Shown: one piece after another, positions 42,207-53,100 of the stretch
Layout of the letters: each line of letters opens with the position of its first letter
Position numbering within the stretch: the first letter of the stretch is position 1
Assembly: GCF_964355755.1 (NCBI RefSeq)
Contig: NC_092672.1
Coordinates: 11,222,001-11,286,000, forward strand
From: Antedon mediterranea
Lineage: Eukaryota; Animalia; Echinodermata
Length of the DNA: 64,000 nucleotides
Direction of reading: 5' to 3'
Program-made: the position numbers and the translations under genes
The notes under the pieces: model-generated
The model's database searches: none
What the model was told of the DNA's origin: nothing
The model's input: the letters and a program-made list of their open reading frames with translations, nothing else

Positions 42207-43583
42207 ATGATGGCTCTCCACTACGATCACGATGATAAATCACTTGATAGTTGTTTGCTGGAAAATACGTATTATTTTTGGACGCAGGATCCATTACTTG
42301 ATCAACAATACCATAAGTTAAAGCATTCTGGGGCTCTTCTAATTCGACCAAACCAACATGAAGTAAGTGGCTTAAACTACGCAGCCCCACCCACTGATGA
42401 ACCGAAAGAAATTAAAGGAATACCTCCGTATTGGTTAGACGAGCTTCACAATAAAAATACGGAATGTTGGGAAAAATACAAACAAATTAAAAATAAATAC
42501 TTTAAAATGCGAAATCTACTGCCGGTGTTTAAATCTGAAGAAACTTTACAACAAGACAAATGTTACCATACAGAGCTTGATACAAATATAAAGAAAATTG
42601 AAGTTTCAGAGACACACAAGACATCAACAGAAGCAATCCAACTATTTACCGCAGATGAAATAAAATCACAACGTCCCAATATTGAATCTAGTGAAAAGGA
42701 TGGAACTTATAATACCAATAGATTAGCAACATCAAATAAAACAAGAACAATTGTTGAATCATGCAAATTGTCTCCAAAACATATTGACGAAACTTATCGC
42801 GAAATTAGGACAATTTTGAATAATAAAGACGATTTGACCGGTGGAGTTATAAAGGATGGAACTTATAATACCAATAGATTAGCAACATCAAATAAAACAA
42901 GAACAATTGTTGAATCATGCAAATTGTCTCCAACACATATTGACGAAACTTATCGCGAGATTAGGACAATTTTGAATAATAAAGACGATTTGACCGGTGG
43001 AGTTATAAAATATAAAAATGATAAACTGGAAAAGACCAAGGTCAAAGGTACTAATAATAAGTCAACCGGTCGGCTATCCAATAATAAACGAGGGAAATAC
43101 TTTGATATGAGTTTAACTTCTCTACAAATAAAAGATATGCTAGCAGACTGTAAAGCAACTGATTGTGAAAAGGATATTGATGAAATTAAAGTAGTTAAAA
43201 CAATTAAGAAAGTGTCAAAAGAAAGACTTATTGAACAACAAGACACTACTGTAATGAAACAGGATTCAAATTGCACAAATGCCGTAAAAAATTATGCATG
43301 TCACTTCAAGGAAAATGATACCTCATCGTTTACGGATTATTCTATTCACATTGTCAACGAAGGAAAAGTAGACCAATCAATAGTTAAAGAACAAACTAGT
43401 AGGCCTACTGTTAGTAACAAGACTTTGTCCACCAAGAATCAAATATCCCAACCATCGGATCTAGAGAATGTGCTACGTATTCCGGATGACGAAACCAAAC
43501 AAAAAGTAAATGAATTCGTTGATCTTTTTCGCGTAAACATTCACAAACTTGCGCAGTGCGTCGTAAGTCCGATTAAAATCAGG
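42207..43583 (+). CDS. Uncharacterised protein, large coding exon
   Basis: Long ORF bounded by a ttctag acceptor (42150) and a gtaagt donor (43584). Confidence 0.8.
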
Positions 43584-46500
43584 GTAAGTATTTAGAAGTA
43601 GGTCTGTTGTTTAGTTATTGACGTTAATTTTTTTTATAAAAACGTTATTTATTACAACGAATTTAACAAATCTAGAGAATCTTCATCTGGTACTTTGCAA
43701 TATTTTCTGTTATGTTAAATAACAATAAAACACAATATATAATTATCGAATAAAGTACAGTTGTATTGTGGTTTTACTGTTTTTAAAGTGTTTTATGCAT
43801 GTTTTTAACCTTTTATTTTCTAAAACATGACCACATGTCAAACAGGTGCTACATCTATACCTGATATGGTATTTTTGACAATTAAACAAGTTTAAGATAT
43901 ATACTTTATAAATATGTTATAAATAAATAAAATAAAAATATATTCTGGTATGTCTGATATTTAGGCCTTCCTATTTTTGACAATTAAACAAGTTTAAGAA
44001 AAAAGTAAATGACCTACTACCATCAATTCGCATAATTTAAAAGCCAACTAAATTATTATTTTTCAGCAAGAACTTGGATATCTAATTGGTGCGGCAGACA
44101 CGGATATTACACTAAAGGGACATTTGCATGGTATGTCACCGGAGAGAATTATAATGCATCTTTTAGGAAACTCTATTCGAATTATACATGTGGCATAATT
44201 TTACCATCAATGTTTAAATAATGACCTCACGTATATTATGGGGAGGCGAAGACTAAAAATTGTGATTGTTTGAAAAAGGATGAACTTTATGCCACGGTCC
44301 AATCCACTCTCTAAGAGAGAAAAGGAGTGACAGAAAGAGAAAAAATGAGAAACAATGATTAGAAGAAAAAATTAAAAAAAATATCTAGCATATTGCTTCG
44401 ATATTAATGTGCGGTGTGATTCTGTCGATTAGCTCGGACCTCCCAACTCCCTACGATAAGCGCGGGAGTTTCATATCTCACTCTCCCGCTAAAATGCAAA
44501 AAAATCCGATAAAGAAACAAGAAGCCAGTTCACTGGTGGTCGAGGTGGTACCGGGTAATTGGTCGGGTAGCAATAGGCCGGTGGCCAAAGGTCGGGTGGC
44601 TAAACTGACCAGTACCCCAAAAGAATAGGCATATTAACCAACTGCAAACACACCACGTTTGTTTTTGTGTAAGTAGGCCTATACTTTGACACCAGTAAGG
44701 TTGGAGCAATATACCATATAATAACCTTGAAAAATTATTTTTTCACCTTAATTAAGACACTGTAAGAAATTTATGTTTTACATTAAAATGCGTTTTTAAG
44801 CAATATATTGAAAGAAATGTTGAATTTTTTTTAGTTAAGTAAAAGAAATGTTGACATGTTATTAATGTAAAAGAAATGTTGACATTTTATTAGGTAAAAA
44901 AAATGTTGAAATTTTATTAGGTAAAAGAAATGTTGACATTTTATTCAGTAAAATAAATGTTAACATGTTTTAAGCAAATGAAAAAATGTATACATTTTAT
45001 TAAGCAAAAGAAAAGTTAACATTATTCAGTAATATAATGTTGACATTTTATTAATGTAAAGAAATGTTATGTTATTTAGAACAAGGCCAACAGCCATTAA
45101 GTCGCGTGCTACAATGCATAGTGATACCGGACCGACAGACAGACCGACAGACAGACCGACAGACAGACAGACCGACCGACCGACATAGTGAACTATACTG
45201 ACCGAAATTACTGAACATGTTTAAAAATGTTGAAATGTTTAAAAACATTTATATTTTTCACTTTCGACGTGCTCGTATAACGTAATTTCGAGTTGAAAAG
45301 TAAGTCAAGAAAACAGAAATCGGGCAAAAAGAGTGCGCAATAACATTTAACGCGCAGTGCGCGCGCAAAAATATGCGCACTCATGGCAATTTTGTAAACG
45401 CTTAAAATTGCCTGAAATGTACTCTTATTTCATCGAAAATAAATTTTGAAAATTTTAAGCGTGCGTACGCATGCGTTACATGCGCTACGCACGTAATTGT
45501 ATTGCCATATGATGATTTATCCCCTGAAATTTATGAGTACCAAATTTTATTTAATTGTGATTCATGGTTGTGAAGATATGATTACAAACGTGATTTCGTT
45601 AAATCGTGCGTAGACCGCGTAATTTTTTATTGCGCACCGTGAAAACATAACCACATTGATTCCTGGCCATAAGGAATATACTGTGAAAAATTGACCTAGC
45701 TAGATTAAACTGATATCAAGATAAGGTCAGAAAGCGATAAAACGCATAGTGATACCGGACCGACAGACAGACAGACCGACAGACAGACCGACCGACCGAC
45801 ATAGTGAACTATAGAGTCGCTTCCACGCGACTAAAAATTGTGAAGTTTAAAAAAAAATATCTATGATACTGAAGAATATTATTATTATCAGTGTTTAATA
45901 CTATTATTCAGGATCAGTGATCGATTGATATCTAACCTTAATCACAGATATTGATCTAACGTAATCCACCGATCATTAAAACCGAACACGTTTTAATATA
46001 CAAAATCCAAAAATGAATAATTCCCATGAAAGTAGTGGTCGATTAATCTTTTAAAATTATTTGGTCCAACACGTACAGTAGTGACTTGTGCCATTTTTGC
46101 AACAAACAACCAACAATTCACTTTCAATTGGTTTGGTATTACAGTATTAATATGACTTTGTCAGCATAGTTAGTTTGTAAATTCGAGCTTGTGCAACGAC
46201 GATTTATTTGCAGTGATTTGAAAATGATCAATGTTTGGAACATCTGAATAATATTAATATTAAATGGGCGAGTGTATGAAGAGGAGACTGTGTAAATGTG
46301 TTTTTGTTGGTTTAATTAATAAATAATCATCAATTATAGACATAACATAATAAGAAAACTTTACATAAAAAATAGTATTTGATTCTAACATCTACCCTAT
46401 GTTTTAGGAGATTTGACTTGATATTAATAAACAGAGAAATATTTTGGCACATATGGCGTCTTAAAATATTTAATACTTGAGCTTAAAACTTCAGCTGGTG

Positions 46501-47652
46501 GACAAAATAACATACAAAAGATAATAAACTTGGAGGAAAGTCGGTTACACGCAAAATGTCATTACAAGAGCTCTTGTTGTTGTTTCACAAAAACCATAAA
46601 ACAGTTTTGCTTCGGAATATTTTACCCTTTTTCGCGAAACAGAACCCCCCATTCAATGTACAACCTTGATAAGCTCTGGTAGTTTGCGCTATGTGCATCA
46701 CAACAAGTAGACCTAGTTAAAAAAGAACATAATTAATTTAATGCGCATATAATGAGTGAAATAACTTGGAAGCAAAGCTCTACCATAAACTATCTAGAAA
46801 AAAATAATTCCCTTATGACAAACATGTGACGGTGTTTCAAGACATGTGTCATAATATTGGAAAATACTGTAATTAAGGTAATTATATAATACTCGGGATC
46901 AGCGATCGATTGCTATCTAACCTTAATCACAGATATTGATCTAACGTAATCCACCGATCATTAAACCTAACACGTTTTAAAATACAAAATCAAAAAATGA
47001 ATAATTCCCATGAAAGTGGTGGACGATTAATCTTTCAATTTTATTTGGTCCAACACGTACAGTGACTTGTGCCATTTTGTAAATGCGGAGAGGGGGGAAG
47101 GGCGAATCCAGTGGAGTATTGCATTTGATTTACAAAATAATAATGTTTTGTTAGCACGTTTAAAAAATCTGTATCCACCTTTGGGCAACATTAGGACCCT
47201 CTATTGTGTTCTAAATTCTATTATACTCCTCCATCTCGATTTTATCGATGATTGGGCCGGCCAATGTACACGTACAGTGTATTTGGTAGTGGTTTCAGCA
47301 ATTCTGAAACCTGTGTGGCAAAAACCCACTTTGATTAAATTCGGATTTAAGATAATCCAATAACAACACAACACTAACAAATACTATGTTGATAAAACAC
47401 CTCAATTTATTTAAATTATCATATAAAAATGGTAATACATGGTAATTCACATTTAAATTATACATTAATTGTAACTGTTATTGTACCAATTTATTTAAGC
47501 TTGTTTTAATTTGTATTTCCAGCTGTATTAATAATAATAATGCACAATTTATAAATACAGAATGAAATAATTAGGTCAATGCATTGCCTCACCCAATTAA
47601 TGTGTACTTTTATTATGTAGCGCATATGAAAAATACAAGGCTTGAAAAATAT

Positions 47653-47693
<41 letters not shown>

Positions 47694-48255
47694 TACCACG
47701 ATTCCGTACTTCATTTAGTCAATTTCATGTTACATTTAGAGGCGCAAAACTTTGGAACAACCTACCTTTTCTTTACAGAAAAATATCCTTAAAGAAACTC
47801 TTTAATTTTAAACTGAAACTTTATCTATTAGAAAAACATGATTTGTGAATAACGTTATACTATTATATTATTCAAACTTATGTAATTTAACTTTACAATC
47901 AATTGTGTTAATAATTAATGCATTTTACTTTAAAGGCCAAAACTCGAGTAGCGAAAGTTGATTTATTTTGGTCTTTTTTGTCACATTTGTTAATGAAGTT
48001 TTATTGTTTTATGTTATGTTATGATAATGACAAATAAAGTATTTACACAAAATTGACATTTTTGTATTTTTGTTTTTTAAAGATATATTCAAGCAAGTTA
48101 TGAGCGAGTTAATAGAAGATGTGATCCGACTGAAAGGTCAACGAAATAACGAACTGCGTTTGCGACTGAATCGGGAAGCTGAAGTAAGTTGGCTGCGAGA
48201 CCAACTACAAACATGTCGTATGAACAATGTTATCAGAAACCAACACAGACTATAA
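42207..48255 (+). CDS. Uncharacterised protein (~537 aa), three coding exons, low-complexity K/T/N-rich middle, coiled-coil-like C-terminus
   Basis: A 1.4-kb ORF in AT-rich DNA ends at donor AGG|gtaagt (43583). Exon 44067-44130 (QELGYLIGAADTDITLKGHLH, phase 0 to 1) and exon 48083-48255 (DIFKQVMSELIEDVIRLKGQRNNELRLRLNREAEVSWLRDQL...*) are phase-compatible. AATAAA lies at ~48295. The start is uncertain because the frame is open back to the acceptor at 42149-42150. Confidence 0.75.
42696..43007 (+). repeat. In-frame 156-bp (52-aa) tandem duplication inside the uncharacterised gene
   Basis: KDGTYNTNRL...DDLTGGVI occurs twice. I see only two nucleotide differences (K/T and one synonymous change). 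Confidence 0.92.
44067..44130 (+). CDS. Uncharacterised protein, internal exon
   Basis: ttttcag acceptor and G|gtatgt donor, open in the required phase. Confidence 0.7.
44810..45070. repeat. Degenerate ~27-bp AT-rich tandem repeat (AAAAGAAATGTTGACATTTTATTA.GT)
   Basis: Directly visible, about 9 copies. Confidence 0.8.
45080..45837 (-). mobile_element. Helentron-associated non-autonomous element (HINE/DINE-1/Pearl-like), copy 1
   Basis: Reverse complement of 50631-51456. Shows subterminal inverted repeats agtcgcgtg/cacgcgact, a 5' hairpin, two GTCG/GTCT tetranucleotide arrays, a 3' ggc..ggccttgtt end and T-rich flanks. Confidence 0.8.
45908..47079 (+). repeat. ~985-bp unit with ~185-bp direct repeat at both ends; homologous to 48415-49396
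   Basis: The tcaggatcagtgatcgattg..atcacagatattgatctaacgtaatccaccgatc block recurs at 45908, 46893 and 49301. Segment 46100-46987 aligns along its length with 48415-49396. Confidence 0.85.
47690..48040 (+). mobile_element. CR1/L2-group LINE 3' fragment
   Basis: Translation IPRFRTSFSQFHVTFRGAKLWNNLP..FKLKLYL matches the C-terminal R-T..F..G..LWN.LP motif of CR1/L2 ORF2. AATAAA near 48032. Confidence 0.65.
48083..48255 (+). CDS. Uncharacterised protein, terminal exon (coiled-coil-like)
   Basis: Strong T-rich acceptor, phase-1 join giving GAT, TAA stop and a downstream AATAAA. Confidence 0.7.
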
Positions 48256-48414
48256 ATGGAAATAATACGAAATGCCACTCCTTAAAAAAAAATCAATAAA
48301 TAAATTAATTAATTTTAACGAAAATCATCGAAATTAATTAGTTTTGGTTGATTTTTGTTTAGAATTAAAATTCATTGAAAATGTATTTTAATGTTCATGC
48401 AACTGAAAAAACAA

Positions 48415-49396
48415 ACAACGAACAACCAACAATTCACTTTCAATTGTTTTGGTATTACAGTATTAATATGACTTTCAACATACTAAGTTTGTAAATTCAA
48501 GCTTGTGCGACGACGATTTATTTGCAGTGATACGTATTTGAAAATGATCAATGTTTGGAACATCTGAATAATATTAAATGGTCGAGTGTATGAAGAGAAG
48601 ACTGTGTAGATGTGTTTTGTTGGTTTAAAATAATACATAAGCAAGAGATGCCATCAACTATAGACATAACATAATAAGAAAACTTTACATATAACATCTA
48701 CTCTAGGTTTTAGGAGATTTGACTTAATATTAGTGAAAAGAGAAATGTTTTGGCACATATGGCGTTTTATACGTATAATACTTGAGCTTGAAACTTGTAG
48801 CTGGTGGACAAAATAACATAAAAAGAAGATTGGGGAGAAAGTCGGTTACACGCATAATGTCATTACAAGAGCTCTTGTTGTTAGTACTTTTTTAAGCAAT
48901 TTTTTTTTTGCTTCGGAGTATTTTACCCTTTTTCGTGAAACAGAACCCTCTATTTAATGTACAACCTTGTTAAGCTCTGGTAGTTTGCGCTATATGCATC
49001 ACAACAAGTAGGCCTAGTTAAAAAAGAAAGAACATTAAATATAATGCCCATATAATGAGTAAAAAAATTAGAATTTGCATGCTATATAATAATTCAAAGT
49101 CTGATTTTATTAATCATACCACCAGCCTGCAACTATTAGATAAGTGGAGGTTTACATTTATATGTTTGCGCCTGTATCGTGGAAGCAAAGCTCTACCATA
49201 AACTATCTCGAAAAATTTCTTTTGACAAACACGTGACGGTGTTTCAAGACATGTGTCATAATATTGGAAAAATACTGTAATTACGGTAATTATATAATAG
49301 TCAGGATCAGTGATCGATTGCTATCTAACCTTTAATCACAGATATTGATCTAACGTAATCCACCGATCATTAATCCTAACACGTTTTAAAATACAA
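48415..49396 (+). repeat. Second copy of the ~1-kb duplicated segment (intergenic, upstream of the lectin gene)
   Basis: Colinear with 46100-46987, with ~110 bp extra at ~49065-49180. Confidence 0.85.
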
Positions 49397-49972
49397 TGAA
49401 TAACAAAAAACCATTTCACAACAGAAAAATCAATGAAATCCACGGTTCAAACAATGCAATCGAAATAGAGTGAAAAATTTACAGCATAATCAATCACAGA
49501 CTACGGTAAACTATTTCAACCTTTGTTAAAAATGTAAACAATTAATATTTATAAGAATGATCCGATTACTAACTGTCGACACCAGTGTTACTTTTTGATA
49601 ATACTATTGTAAATAATCTGCAATCATCAAAACTTATCATTTGTGGTGAAGAACTGGCCGAAAAAGGTACGTGCAAAAAAATCGTTGTATTTTAATAATA
49701 CTAGTAATAATAATAATAATAATATTAGTAATAATAAAAGTATTAATACTAATTATACTGACACTGATAATAATAATGATAACATCATAGTAATAACATA
49801 ATAATAAATATAATATAATAATTATAATATTATAAATATTTCACTTATTTTTCACAGATGTTTAATAATAAAGGTTATAATAATAATTATTATTAAAATG
49901 TCAATAAATATAATATAATAATTATAAATATAATAATAATCATAATATAAATATTTCACTTACTTTTCACAG

Positions 49973-50108
49973 ATGTTTAAGTTAAGCTTTTTGCTCCTAT
50001 TCGTCTGCTGTGCGAAGTTGGTAGTGAGTCAACAATCGCAAAAATGTTTACGGTATCACGAACTTACAAACTATCTAACTGGCGTGCCAAGACGGGTAGT
50101 CATAGCAG
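49973..50108 (+). CDS. F-type lectin first coding exon with signal peptide (MFKLSFLLLFVCCAKLVVSQQ...)
   Basis: ATG directly follows a ttttcacag acceptor, implying an upstream non-coding exon. Hydrophobic N-terminus and phase-1 donor G|gtaaag. Confidence 0.75.
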
Positions 50109-53100
50109 GTAAAGAATGAAATGAAAACCATTACTTAAATGTAGATATCTTCTCACCGTGTCTGAATATAATTTCCCCCTTTTAATTCAACAACTTCACA
50201 AATAAAACATTCACCCACGATTATGTGTTTTAAAGCTAGATACAGATCTCATTTCTTTTCATAACATTTAACTTCCAGTTTATACCTTTTGTTGCTATTA
50301 CTAATTGTAATTGTATAAGTATTTAAATTTGTATCCGTTTTTGTCGACAGAATACAATGTAAACCATGTATATTTCTACTTGATTGTGTATAATCCTGTA
50401 TAAATATGTTGTTAAATAAATAAATGAGAATAATCGTGAGAGAAAAATGTTTACCAACAGGGTCCAAGACGTAAAATTGTTGTATTTTCCCCTTATCTCT
50501 TGGTCCGGTTGCTAATGATACAACATAATTACTCCAGCAATACTATTTTTGAGTAATTGGAGCCGCTCCCGCTCCAAACAAACTCATTATGGAGGTTTTT
50601 TTTGTGTTTTTTGTCCTCGTCTATACTGTATTTTTAGTCGCGTGGAAGCGACTCTATAGTTCTCTAAGTCGGTCGGTCGGTCTGTCTGTCTGTCTGTCTG
50701 TCGGTCTGTCTGTCGGTCTGTCTGTCGGTCTGTCTGTCTGTCGGTCCGGTATCACTATGCGTTTTATCGCTTTATGACCTTATCTTGATATCAGTTTAAT
50801 CTAGCTAAGTCAATTTTTCACAGAATATTCCTTATGGCCAGGAATCGATGTGGTTATGTTTTCACGGTGCACAATAAAAAATTACGCGGTCTACGCACGA
50901 TTTAACGAAATCACGTTTGTAATCATATCTTAACAACCATGAATCACAATTAAATAAAATTTGGTACTCATAAATTTCAGGGCATAAATCATCATATGGC
51001 AATACAATTACGTGCGTAGCGCATGTAACGCATGCGTACGCGCGCTTAAAATTTTCAAAATTTATTTTCGATGAAATAAGAGTACGTTTCAGGCAATTTT
51101 AAGCGTTTACAAAATTGCCATGAGTGCGCAGATTTTTGCGCGCGCACTGCGCGTTAAATGTTATTGCGCACACTTTTTGCCCGATTTCTGTTTTCTTGAC
51201 TTAATTTTCAACTCGAAATTACGTTATACGAGCACGTCAAATGTGACAGGCTACGCACGTGTAAATTAAAAAAATATAAATGTTTTTAAACATTTCAACA
51301 TTTTTAAACATGTTCAGTAATTTCGGTCAGTATAGTTCACTATGTCGGTCGGTCCGTCTGTCTGTCGGTCTGTCTGTCTGTCTGTCGGTCTGTTTGTCTG
51401 TCGGTCCGGTATCACTATGCATTGTAGCACGCGACTTAATGGCTGTTGGCCTTGTTATGTATCACTTGGGGAAAAAATACAATGAAAATACCCTAATTTC
51501 TATTTTCAATGTTGGTTGGTGTTCAGTTTCTGGCTAAAGAATTGCATTGCAGTAAAACACCATATTCACTTCTTCTTGTTAACGTTTTCCGTCTTCCGAC
51601 ATTACGCTTTCCACAATTTGTTTCCATTTTTGTCTGTTTATGGCAGGATGGTTTGTTATTGTGTTAGTGTCTACTTGTCCTTGTAAGCCTTTTTTTATTT
51701 GATTCATCCAGTTATTTCTTGGTCTTCCTACGGGTCGTTTTACTTTCCTGTTAGTTTCCTTCATTGTTTGTTTGATTGGGGTATCATCCGGTAATCTAAT
51801 TATGTGTCCATACCATTTTAGTCTCCTTCGTTTAATTCTTTTACTCCATTCTTCTTGTTCTGTTTACTCGTATATTTTCGTGTTACACACTCTATCTGTT
51901 AATTTAATATTTATCATCTTTCGCAACATTTTCCTGTGATATATATATCTATACTCTCTTGTAATTTTTTGTTTAGTACCCAGAGTTCACTGTTATATAA
52001 GAAAATACTTGAGATGTATGTGTCAAACCAACAGGATTTTACGTCTATTGACATCGTTTTGTGTTCTGGCATATTCACTCCCATTGTAAAATACCAATTC
52101 TCCTGCAAAGTTAACGATACTTGCCCCCAAAATGACATTGTTGTTATTGATTTTATTTTGTATGTGAAAAGAAACCGTCATCGAAGAAGAACAACAAGAT
52201 GTGGATGAAAACGAAATTGAAGGTATAACAATTTTTTGTTTATTGTACCACTCCATATAATTTATTTTTTTATTCTTTAATGTAATAATAATTTAATAAC
52301 ATTAATAATGCTAATTATGCAGACCTGTGAACTATATCGATAATATCGGGTAATAATTACTAGTCATTCATAAAAAGTTATTACAAATTGCGACAGTGGT
52401 TATTACAAAGTGCGACAGCGCTGAGTTATTACAAAGTGCGACAGCGTTGAGTTATTACAAAGTGCGACAGCGCTGAGTTATTACAAAGTGCGACAGCGCT
52501 GAGTTATTACAAAGTGCGACAGCGCTGAGTTATTACAAAGTACAATAGTAGTTACTGTATTACAAAGTGCGGCAGTTGTTATTACAAAGTGCGACAGCGT
52601 TGAGTTATTACAAAGTGCGACAGCGCTGAGTTATTACAAAGTGCGACAGCGCTGAGTTATTACAAAGTACAATAGTAGTTACTGTATTACAAAGTGCGGC
52701 AGTTGTTATTACAAAGTGCGACAGCGCTGAGTTATTACAAAGTGCGACAGCGCTGAGTTATTACAAAGTGCGACAGCGCTGAGTTATTACAAAGTACAAT
52801 AGTAGTTACTGTATTACAAAGTGCGGCAGTGGTTATTGCAAAGTACGACAGCAGTTATTAAAAAGTAGTGCCATAGTATTATGTTATTACAAAGTGCGAC
52901 AATTATTACAAAGTTCCACCATTTTACCGTATTATTACAAAGTTTGACAACTATATTACAATAATGTTACATCAGTTACTACAAGTGCCATAATAGTCAT
53001 TAAAAAGTGCGATAGCAGTTATTAAAAAGTGCGATAGCAGTTATTAAAAAGTGCGATAGCAGTTATTTTTAAATGTAATTATTTTTTTATTTAATTTTAA

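Noticed and set aside
42199-43276. Minus-strand ORFs overlapping the large exon (similar cases at 31208, 32710, 57740, 58292, 63510)
   Set aside because: Antisense shadows of real plus-strand coding exons with no independent evidence.
50589-51537. ORFs with SVGLSVCL repeats resembling membrane peptides
   Set aside because: Translation of the GTCT/GTCG microsatellites in the Helentron-type element.
52376-52860. Regular 26-bp repeats resembling a CRISPR array
   Set aside because: The repeats are directly adjacent with no unique spacers, there are no cas genes, and the context is a eukaryotic intron.
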